Source: Elusimicrobia bacterium CG_4_9_14_3_um_filter_62_55 (GTDB lineage: Bacteria > Elusimicrobiota > Elusimicrobia > UBA1565). Taken from it: 64,000 bases of DNA. A model generated the notes under the pieces. It did no database searches. It saw only the letters and a list, made by a program, of their open reading frames with translations, and was not told the DNA's origin. Position numbers and translations under genes: made by a program. The stretch covers positions 10,287-74,286 of the forward strand of contig PFUL01000183.1 in NCBI GenBank assembly GCA_002790095.1. Reading direction: 5' to 3'. This document shows positions 46,026 to 53,848 of the stretch, piece by piece (the first letter of the stretch is position 1; each line of letters begins with the position of its first letter).

Positions 46026-46053
46026 TTGAAAATTAGGACTTTAGGCCTATACT
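46026..46053 (+). promoter_or_regulatory. Sigma70-like promoter (TTGAAA-16-TATACT) upstream of giant gene 3
   Basis: TTGAAA at 46026-46031 and TATACT at 46048-46053, 48 nt before the ATG at 46102. Confidence 0.5.
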
Positions 46054-46101
46054 TGGATAGGCCCCTCGCGACTTGGCGAATGGGTCTTTACTGGGTACAC
46101 C

Positions 46102-49100
46102 ATGGGTAGAATGGCCCACCGCAGACGCCTCGTGCCGTCGAGCATGCCGGAGCGATTTTGTCGCGTCGCTCTGTCGCTTTTGTTGGCCGTTCCCCAGACC
46201 TTGATTCCGGTCGCGGCGTTCGCCGAAACTCCCGCCGCGGTCGACTATTCGAAGCTCACGCCTCCGGTCGGGGAAGCCGACTGGGCGGCGCGCCTGGAGC
46301 TTCTCAAAAAGCGCTACTCGCAACTGCTCGTCGAAGCGGCGAAGAGGCTTGCCGCCGAAGACAGCGCAACCGGGGCGGCCGCGGCCGAGAAATTCGTCAA
46401 GGAGCAGATCAATCCGCTTCAGGCGGCAATCACCGCCCATCGGCGGATTCTGGCGATGAGCTCCGCCGGCCGTAAATTCGCGGGAGGGTTCGACGGCGCG
46501 ATTACCGAGACCGCCCTGCTCAAGAATTTGCTCGATTGCGCCAACGAGAAGAATCTGAAGGAGCCCGCCTCGGGTTCGGACTGTCTCGGCCGCATGGTGA
46601 AGACGATGGTCGCCGGCGAGCCGCAAACGCGCGGCGAGGGCGAGAAGCGCTTTCCCTGGGTCGGCGCCGCCGAGGCGAAGCTTAAGGTGCTCGAGTCCCA
46701 AGCCTCCAAGCTCTCCGCCGATTCCAACGAGCGCAAGAGCCTCGAGGTGCAGATCAAGGAACTCAAGGCCATCCTCGACACCGCCAAGGAACTCCAGGCG
46801 ACCGGCGGCCCGATGGAGGTCACCGCCGCGCTGACCGGGGAGTTCAAGAAAGTCGTCGCGGCCCGCGGCGAAGGACAGTCATTCGCCGTCAGCACGGAAG
46901 ATCTCGGGAAACTGCGCAAATCCGTGGCCGACATCAAGCGGGCGTTCACGCTGGAGGATACCGGCGACCGGGAGGCCAATATCGTCCAGGCGCAGGCGCT
47001 GCTCGGGCAGGCCTTCGACCGGATGCGTAAGTTTCAAACTTCCGAGGCGAATCTCCCCCAGATCGAAATCGCCCGCAGCGCCGCCGCCAAGCAGGTCGAG
47101 ACGCAGGCGGGGGGCCCCAAGGGATTTAAGGCGATCGCGGTCCCCACTCTGCGTTCGGACAACGGCAGCTATGCCGGCAGCGACTCGATCGACGAACGGC
47201 GCCGCGCGATGGCGCTGTTCGGTCAGGGCGCCGTCTCCCGGTTCGCCGGTCAAAGCGAGTTCGACCGCACGAAAGCAGGAGAGGAGATCAAGGGACTCGA
47301 CCGCGACGGCTTGATGGGGCGCATCGACTCGAACGAAAACCTGATCCGCAACGCCATCGAAAATTCGTTCAGCAACAGCAAGAGCGCGCTGTTCGGGAAA
47401 TTCTCCCGGAACGTCGAATTCCTCGCCAATCCCTGGAAGGCGCAGCAGGAGATCACCGATCAGGAGCAGTACAACGAGGTGATGTCCAAGGGCATTCAGG
47501 AACTGGAGGCCGCCGGCTTCTCCGACGCGGCGATGTACTACCGGGCGAAGCTCGACCATCTCGGCCGCTCCTGGAGCGCGATCGGAAGCGGCAGCCTCAA
47601 GCACGGAACGGCTTTCCACGCGTGGGAACTCGCCAAGATTCCGGTCGACAACCGCCAGATGCCGTGGGAGCAGGTGCCTCCGTCGGGTCCGCGCGTCGCG
47701 CAGCGGGTGTTCTACGCCGAGGTCAACGACGACGGACGGAAGGTCCGCGGGCTGGTGACCGAGTTCGCCGGCGGGATGATGCGCTTTGAGGGTTTCCAGG
47801 ACAAGGGACAGGATCACCATTTGTACGTGGACGTCGCGGCGAACGGCGAGGTGACGACCGGGCGGATCTGGACCGACGCTCAAGGAGCCGTTCAGCGCGT
47901 GCATTCGGCGACCGCGCGGGATGGAAAACGCATTCGCGCGATGCTCGCGAACACGAAGGAAGCCCTGCTGACGCAGTGGGGTTTTAAAGAGGACGGCTCA
48001 ATCGCGTCGGTCCAAACCATCAACCTGGAAACGCGGCATATGACGACCGCGAATTTGGAAAAGGGAACGATCACCGCGATCGCCGCCGACGGAACGATGT
48101 CCGTCGCGTCCCTGAAAGCTCAGGAAAAGTGGAAGTACCTCTACGGGGATCTCGAAACGGCCGCCGCGACGGCGGCAGGCGAGGAGCCGCGGCGGGAATT
48201 CAAGCAGCGCGAAATGGTTTTGGCCGACGGAACGCGCATCCGCAACGCCGGCCCGCACGTGCAGATCGTCACCCCGCCTACGGGCGATATTCGCTACCAA
48301 TTCCACGATTTCGAGAACGAGCTGTTCGCGCCTCCGCCTGCGACCGGATCCCCGGATCGCCATCTGGAGGTGGTGGCCCAGTGGGAGAGGGGGCGGCGTG
48401 CGCGGGCGGCGAAAATCGCCGAGGAGATCGTCGGCGCTCTCGGCAAGAACAACGAGAACTTCCGCGGCAAGGAGGGGGAGCGGCGCAAGCAGTCGTTGAC
48501 GGAGATGCTTGCGAGGATCCAGACCAAGGACAGCGCCGCCCCGGGTGGAAGCCGGCGCGTCGACCTTAAAATCAATTTCGACGGAAGGGGTCAGTTCTCG
48601 TTCCTCTACGAGTTGGCCGACGGGCGCAAGGAAGCGTTCCAGGGCCGTTTCGCAAGCGCGATCCGAATGGCCCACGACGCAGCGGAGTTGAGCGCGTTCC
48701 AGGTCGGACGCCCGGTCGTGCTGGAAAAGCAGGGCGACAAGCTCGCCCCGGTCGAGGGATTGACCCATTTCAGCCACGGGCGCCGCTTCATGCAGTTCGT
48801 GTCGGACGGTAAAAACACGACGATCCGCCGGCAAATTTACGACCAGTATGAGAAAACCGAGGGTTGGGCGATCGCTCCCTATCAGGTGACCTATCAGCGC
48901 GAGTGGGTATACAAGGCGACGGCCGGTCGGATGTCGCAGAGCGACTTTAACAAGATGTGGGAGTGGGACGGCCAGCACGGCGACCTGATGAATTATTTCG
49001 ACAACAAGTACGCCTACAAAGCCCTGACGGATCCCGTGAAATTGAGGGAAGGTTCGTCCTGGATCGGAAGTTCGGCGGCGTGGGTCGCCGATCTCCCCGT

Positions 49101-52100
49101 GCTCAAGCAGGTCGTCGAAGGCGCCGAGTTCATCGTGGACGGCGCCGTGATGGCCGGGCAGTGGGGGATCGAAGAGATCGCGGAGGGTTTCGGCGCCGAC
49201 GATCTCGCGGAGAGCTACCGGCTCGCGCGCGTCGGCAACATGCGCCAGATGCCGTGGATCGGAGACACCGATTGGATGAAGAAGGCGGCCGACAAAGCCC
49301 TGACCGAAGAAGGCGGCGCCGACATCGCCAGGGCCTACATGGGGGAGGGCCGCGAGAAGGCTTTGAAGAAGGAAGGGTTTACGCACGCGAACGCCGACAA
49401 TCCTCTTGAATTCAACCGCATGCTGATGGCGGAAGGTCAGTTGGGAGAGCTTTCCGGAGCCGCGCGGGACAACTTCTCCTTCGGAAACGAGTTGAACCCG
49501 ATCCTCGGTGAAGACCACTGGCTGACCAAGAGCTGGCAGGTGGTCTCCGGCATCGCGAAGGGCGCGCCGCTGTTCATTCCCGTGGGCCAGATTCTTCAGA
49601 AGTTCAAGATGGCCAAGGCCCTGGTCACCCCGGTGACGATCGCCGAAACGACGGTGAAGGTCGGGTTGATGGCGACCTTCGGCATGTCGTTTGCCGAGAA
49701 CATGAACAAGATCAGCTACGACGCCTATAAAGGCGACTGGGACGCGGTGAAAGGCCGCGCGCCGCAGATGGTCTTCGATTTGGCGATGGCGTTGGCGATG
49801 GGGAAGCAGGTTAAGAACAACTGGGGAACGATCAAGCAAAGTTCGTTCGACATGTACACGAAGGGGAAGAATTGGATCAACCGGAACAAGGGCAACCCGA
49901 CGATCGTCAAGGCGCCGCCCGGGAACCCGGGTGTGGTCGATCCCGCCGTGAAGGCCGCCTCTCCCCAGAATCAAGCCCTGCAGCCCGACATCAAGGCTCA
50001 GAATCTCGGCAAGGCGCCGCCGCAGCAAAAGGGGAATCAAGCGGCGCCGATCGAACAAGGGGGGGTGAAACCCGTCGTTCCCAAGGCGGCTCCCGTCGAG
50101 CCGGCGCGGTCCCCCGTGCGCACGACTTCGCTCGGAACCGAAGGGGGGATGGGGACCGCCCGCTCGATCGGCGGAAACCTGAACGCCGCCGCGGGGGAAT
50201 CGCTCGGCGGACGAAGCTTTAACCCGAAGGGAAACACCACCGGGACTCGGACGCTGACCGGCGATCTGCGCAATCTTAAAACGGGAACGCAAGGCGCCAA
50301 GGGGGCGCCCAAGGGCCAAACCTACCGCCCGGCCGATGTGAAGGCCGGCCCCAAGGGCGACCCGGTCGTCAAGCCGGTGCCCCGCGGCGCGCCGAACGCG
50401 GGACCGAAGGCCGGACCGAAGCCGGTCGTCGCCGAGACGACGGGACGGGGCGTCGGGCCGAAGGTCACCGTTCCCGAAGTGAAGCCGGCCGTTTCGCCCG
50501 CCGGGAAGGGCGGAGCGACCGGGGCGCCGGTCGAAGTCGCCGCCGCGAATTTCGCGCCGGGACAGGCCGTCGGTCCCCAGGGCTTCGTCGCGAAGCCGCC
50601 TCCGGGAAGCGCGGGCCCGGCCCGCACGGCGGCGCCGAAACCGTTGACTCCCGAGACGCGCGCTCCGACAAAGGCGAGCGGCGCCCCGAAGGTCGAAGTG
50701 AGGGGAAAGGCCGTTCCTAAAGGGACTGCGGCGCCGAAGCCTGAGATCGCCCGCGTCGCCGGAGAAGAGGGCGCCGCAGCGCAGGCCGCGCTGCGGCCCG
50801 GCGCCAAGCCGCCGGTCGAACGGGGCGGCGTTCTCGAGCCGATCAGGCGTTCGGCGAAGTCTCAGGCGAACGTCCCCGAGGCGAAGCTGCTGGAAAATCT
50901 CTCCGAGATCCGTTCCCGCGCCCAGCGGATGAGCGCCGCGCAGCGGCAACTCGGCATCACCAAACAGCAGGCCGCCGCGGTCAACAAGGCTCACGTGAAG
51001 GTCAACTGCCCGGCGGGGAACTGTTCGGGAGCTCAGATTCGAGCCAAAGCGCAAATCATGAAGGACGCGGGAATGACCCCGAAACAGATCCGCGGCGCGA
51101 TGGAACGCGGTCTCGCCGGGGAGCCGCCGGTTAAATCCGCGTCGGCGGCCCCGGAGCTTCAAGGACGCGGGCAATCCGCGGGGAAGCCTCAGCGCGTGCG
51201 GCCTTCGAATGGACCGAAGGACGCGTCGCCGCGGCAGCAGGCGGCCGACACGGTCAAGCGTTCGCTGCGCCAGGCGGAGCGTCTGCGCTTGGAAAAAGGC
51301 AGCGCGATGGAGGTCGCGAATCTCGAACAGGCCGCCTCGAAATTGATTCAGGAACACGGTTTGACGGCCGGCGAAGTCGGCTATCAGGCGCAGGGAGGAC
51401 GCTATCTCCGCGCTCCGAAGGGCTCGGCAAAACCCGCGGGCACGATGGAAGGAACCTTCGAGTCCGCCAAGACGCCCAAGGCGCCGAAGGAGGGATTGCC
51501 GAAGCGGGTGGCGGCGGATACCGCCGGAACTTTGCTGACTCCGGAAGGTTGGTTCAACGCCTTGGAGACCGTCAACCCGATGCGCTGGCCGGGACGTATT
51601 CTCAACGTCGGCAAGCGCCTCGGTTCTTCCATCACCACGCGAACGCCGACCTTCAACCGCTGGGCGAAGAGTCTGGGACTTAAGATCAACGAGGTGAGTC
51701 CGAACTGGCTCCGCCGGGTCGGCCGGGGTCTCTCGAAGAAATACAACGAATACCAGGGCAGCCGCCACGTCAACAACACGCTCAACTATCAGTCGAAGAT
51801 GCTCAAACTTCGTCAGAAGCTCAGCTACATGCGCGGTCAGAAGCCGGTTCGGGCGGCGGGTCAAAGCTGGGTTTCCCACAAGTGGAATCAGTTCCGGTAC
51901 CTGCGGGCCCGCGCGCTCGGTAAGATTCCGGGATACGGCAAGCTCAACGAACGGATGCTGCAGAAGCGCATCGGGAATTTCAAGGGCCGCGCGAAAACCG
52001 CCCGCGCCTTGGCCAAGGAACATCTGGGCCGCGACGTCCGCAATGCCGGTGCGCGAGGCAAGGTGGCGGACGGCCGCTATCGTGCAAAATGGCGTGAAGC

Positions 52101-53217
52101 GAAAAAAGCCGGCGCGTTCCGACGCAATTGGAAGCGCTGGGCGGCCGAAGGTCTGCTGATGGCCGGACTCATCGGCGGACCATACCTCTACGATAAGTAC
52201 ATGACCCGTGCCCCCGAGGTGGACGATGGCGAGTTTATCGACATCGGCGACCCGAACGCGGAAGAAGAGCCGATGAACCCGTTCTCCCATGAGCCGAATC
52301 CTTCCGTCATCGACAATGGGACCGGTGATCGTACGGGTGTCGATTCGAAAGACCACACTCTCACGGGCGACGATACGAAGAACACCTACCGGGCGCCCGA
52401 TGAGGATGGTTCTCAGACCGGGGGCTCTCCGACGGGCGGCGCTCCGACCGGCGGGGCTTCTCCGTCGGGCTCCGCCGGCGGCGGCGGAGGCGGCGGAGGA
52501 GGAAGCGGCGGAGGCGGCGGCGGAGGCGGCAGTGGAGGCGGCGGCGGAGGCGGCGGCGCTGCGCCGGCGGGCGCGGCAGGCAACGAGCAGGCTTCGGGTC
52601 CCGCCCCGAATTGGAACGCTCCGGCGGGCAAGACAGCGCTCGCGATGAATGCGCGGCCGATTCCCGGCCTCGTGCAGCAGAACGCCGACGGGATGCCCGG
52701 TTTCGGGATGCCTTGGGCGCCTCCGGGCGGCAGCGGTGCCGACCGGAAGATGCCGGCGGGCGTTGTGGGAGGCCGTGTGGTGCTGGGCGAAAAGTCCGCG
52801 CTGCCGCAGTACCAGTTTTCAACGAGCGGCCCGTCGAGTTCTTTGGCTCAGTTGTGGCCTTTCGCGCCGCGCGATCCGTTTGCCGGCGTTGAAAAGAAGG
52901 GCCGTTCGCAGCAGGTGGCTCCGGAGCCGGCTCCGCGGATCAACGACGCGCCGTCCGATCAGCGCGCTCCCGCCGCGGCCTCCCGGGTCCCGTCGCAGGA
53001 CGAGGAACTGCGCTACGATCTTATGAAGACGTTTCTGCGCCCGGCGCGCCATATTCAGAGCGGACATCCGGGGTCCGCGCCGGAACCCGCGAAAGGCGCC
53101 GGGCTGGCGCTCTTGCTGCAGATGCTCGCGCTCGCGGGCGGCATCTACCTGTGGCGCTTCTCGAATATCGGCTACGTGCTGGGACTTCGCCGGCGCGACT
53201 ACTACGGCAGGGACTGA
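46102..53217 (+). CDS. Giant protein 3 (2371 aa): signal peptide, large N-terminal region, hydrophobic cluster, TonB-like Pro/Lys/Gly-rich spacer, basic region, poly-Gly tract, C-terminal tail anchor
   Basis: Uninterrupted 7.1-kb ORF. Signal-like RFCRVALSLLLAVPQTLIPVAAFA-ETP. Hydrophobic segments near 49560-49810. P/K/A/G-rich stretch about 49900-50830. TM-like AAEGLLMAGLIGGPYLY. C-terminal GAGLALLLQMLALAGGIYLWRF followed by RRRDYYGRD. No clear Shine-Dalgarno sequence at either ATG (46102 or 46111). Confidence 0.9.
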   Translation: MGRMAHRRRLVPSSMPERFCRVALSLLLAVPQTLIPVAAFAETPAAVDYSKLTPPVGEADWAARLELLKKRYSQLLVEAAKRLAAEDSATGAAAAEKFVKEQINPLQAAITAHRRILAMSSAGRKFAGGFDGAITETALLKNLLDCANEKNLKEPASGSDCLGRMVKTMVAGEPQTRGEGEKRFPWVGAAEAKLKVLESQASKLSADSNERKSLEVQIKELKAILDTAKELQATGGPMEVTAALTGEFKKVVAARGEGQSFAVSTEDLGKLRKSVADIKRAFTLEDTGDREANIVQAQALLGQAFDRMRKFQTSEANLPQIEIARSAAAKQVETQAGGPKGFKAIAVPTLRSDNGSYAGSDSIDERRRAMALFGQGAVSRFAGQSEFDRTKAGEEIKGLDRDGLMGRIDSNENLIRNAIENSFSNSKSALFGKFSRNVEFLANPWKAQQEITDQEQYNEVMSKGIQELEAAGFSDAAMYYRAKLDHLGRSWSAIGSGSLKHGTAFHAWELAKIPVDNRQMPWEQVPPSGPRVAQRVFYAEVNDDGRKVRGLVTEFAGGMMRFEGFQDKGQDHHLYVDVAANGEVTTGRIWTDAQGAVQRVHSATARDGKRIRAMLANTKEALLTQWGFKEDGSIASVQTINLETRHMTTANLEKGTITAIAADGTMSVASLKAQEKWKYLYGDLETAAATAAGEEPRREFKQREMVLADGTRIRNAGPHVQIVTPPTGDIRYQFHDFENELFAPPPATGSPDRHLEVVAQWERGRRARAAKIAEEIVGALGKNNENFRGKEGERRKQSLTEMLARIQTKDSAAPGGSRRVDLKINFDGRGQFSFLYELADGRKEAFQGRFASAIRMAHDAAELSAFQVGRPVVLEKQGDKLAPVEGLTHFSHGRRFMQFVSDGKNTTIRRQIYDQYEKTEGWAIAPYQVTYQREWVYKATAGRMSQSDFNKMWEWDGQHGDLMNYFDNKYAYKALTDPVKLREGSSWIGSSAAWVADLPVLKQVVEGAEFIVDGAVMAGQWGIEEIAEGFGADDLAESYRLARVGNMRQMPWIGDTDWMKKAADKALTEEGGADIARAYMGEGREKALKKEGFTHANADNPLEFNRMLMAEGQLGELSGAARDNFSFGNELNPILGEDHWLTKSWQVVSGIAKGAPLFIPVGQILQKFKMAKALVTPVTIAETTVKVGLMATFGMSFAENMNKISYDAYKGDWDAVKGRAPQMVFDLAMALAMGKQVKNNWGTIKQSSFDMYTKGKNWINRNKGNPTIVKAPPGNPGVVDPAVKAASPQNQALQPDIKAQNLGKAPPQQKGNQAAPIEQGGVKPVVPKAAPVEPARSPVRTTSLGTEGGMGTARSIGGNLNAAAGESLGGRSFNPKGNTTGTRTLTGDLRNLKTGTQGAKGAPKGQTYRPADVKAGPKGDPVVKPVPRGAPNAGPKAGPKPVVAETTGRGVGPKVTVPEVKPAVSPAGKGGATGAPVEVAAANFAPGQAVGPQGFVAKPPPGSAGPARTAAPKPLTPETRAPTKASGAPKVEVRGKAVPKGTAAPKPEIARVAGEEGAAAQAALRPGAKPPVERGGVLEPIRRSAKSQANVPEAKLLENLSEIRSRAQRMSAAQRQLGITKQQAAAVNKAHVKVNCPAGNCSGAQIRAKAQIMKDAGMTPKQIRGAMERGLAGEPPVKSASAAPELQGRGQSAGKPQRVRPSNGPKDASPRQQAADTVKRSLRQAERLRLEKGSAMEVANLEQAASKLIQEHGLTAGEVGYQAQGGRYLRAPKGSAKPAGTMEGTFESAKTPKAPKEGLPKRVAADTAGTLLTPEGWFNALETVNPMRWPGRILNVGKRLGSSITTRTPTFNRWAKSLGLKINEVSPNWLRRVGRGLSKKYNEYQGSRHVNNTLNYQSKMLKLRQKLSYMRGQKPVRAAGQSWVSHKWNQFRYLRARALGKIPGYGKLNERMLQKRIGNFKGRAKTARALAKEHLGRDVRNAGARGKVADGRYRAKWREAKKAGAFRRNWKRWAAEGLLMAGLIGGPYLYDKYMTRAPEVDDGEFIDIGDPNAEEEPMNPFSHEPNPSVIDNGTGDRTGVDSKDHTLTGDDTKNTYRAPDEDGSQTGGSPTGGAPTGGASPSGSAGGGGGGGGGSGGGGGGGGSGGGGGGGGAAPAGAAGNEQASGPAPNWNAPAGKTALAMNARPIPGLVQQNADGMPGFGMPWAPPGGSGADRKMPAGVVGGRVVLGEKSALPQYQFSTSGPSSSLAQLWPFAPRDPFAGVEKKGRSQQVAPEPAPRINDAPSDQRAPAAASRVPSQDEELRYDLMKTFLRPARHIQSGHPGSAPEPAKGAGLALLLQMLALAGGIYLWRFSNIGYVLGLRRRDYYGRD
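52477..52557 (+). repeat. GGC/GGA simple-sequence tract encoding three runs of 8-9 glycines separated by single serines
   Basis: 81 nt made almost entirely of GGC/GGA codons with AGC and AGT interruptions, preceded by PTGG-type repeats (TGGSPTGGAPTGGASPSG). Confidence 0.9.
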
Positions 53218-53296
53218 TTCTTAGGGGCAACCCCGGAAGGGGGAACTCGCCCGCCATGCTCCCGTAGTTTCAACGACGGGATGCCCCCCAACGGCG

Positions 53297-53346
53297 CGAA
53301 CGCCCCCGTGGGGGGCGTTCGGCCTCGGCGCGCAAGCGCGCCGAGG
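53297..53346 (+). terminator. Two adjacent GC-rich hairpins about 80 nt downstream of giant gene 3
   Basis: CGAACGCCCCC-GTG-GGGGGCGTTCG (53297-53321) and CCTCGGCGCGC-AA-GCGCGCCGAGG (53323-53346). No T-tract follows. Confidence 0.4.
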
Positions 53347-53530
53347 GGAAATTCTAGAGTCGTCTTCCAGCGTAAAGAACTTCGCGCCCGCAGGCTTCGA
53401 GCGGTGCGCTCCCCCCGCATAACGCGCATGCAGAGAATGCCGTTGCTCACGCCACGATCAAAGAGGGTTGTCCCCGGGGAAAGTTGCTGCCCCTGTTCGA
53501 GATCACACAACAGGCTCGATGATGGAGGCG

Positions 53531-53646
53531 GCAAATCGAATTTTTAAAGAAATGCTTTAAAAGTTTGTACTTTTTACATATCGCGCGATATGCAAAAACC
53601 ATTTTATTTTTCAGCGCTTTCTTGAAAATTCGTTTTGAACGATCGG
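53531..53646 (+). repeat. Copy B of the 116-bp AT-rich palindromic element
   Basis: Same orientation as copy A. The core TTTTTACATATCGCGCGATATGCAAAAA (53571-53598) differs from copy A at one base. Lies in a 631-bp non-coding spacer between convergent genes. Confidence 0.85.
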
Positions 53647-53848
53647 TTGTAGGGGTTATGCAAACGCGCCTGCATCAACGGAAATTTCGAATTAAAAAAC
53701 AACGACGTTCGTTAAAGGCGCATTTGCGCGGGAGCGCCGGGCCGTTGCCGTTCGCCGTTTCGGGCTCGAAAGAATCGCGCAGCGATTCTTCGAGCATCGG
53801 GCCCAAGGCCCGAAACAATCGCGCACGAGGCGCGAAACAAAAGTGAGG

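Noticed and set aside
36058-52356. Antisense ORFs inside giant genes 2 and 3: 36058..39195, 39208..39876, 42412..45261, 46879..47904 and 47998..52356 (1452 aa)
   Set aside because: Same reasoning: Arg/Leu/Gly/Pro-rich junk translations opposite well-behaved coding frames that carry clear SecA-like motifs, signal peptides and TM helices.
59-53217. Giant genes considered as NRPS/PKS, RTX toxins, Ig/cadherin-repeat adhesins, Rhs/YD toxins or polymorphic toxins
   Set aside because: I saw no adenylation, condensation or ketosynthase motifs. I saw no GGxGxD nonapeptides, no regular 90-110-aa repeat periodicity, no YD repeats and no recognisable C-terminal toxin domain. The sequence is dominated instead by coiled coil, TM clusters and TolC-like or SecA-like modules.
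53202-53846. Small ORFs in the 631-bp spacer: 53202..53534 (-), 53281..53547 (+) and 53565..53846 (+)
   Set aside because: They have no RBS and Arg-rich or odd composition. One is translated straight through the AT-rich palindromic repeat. They are more likely non-coding sequence. A short real peptide cannot be fully excluded.
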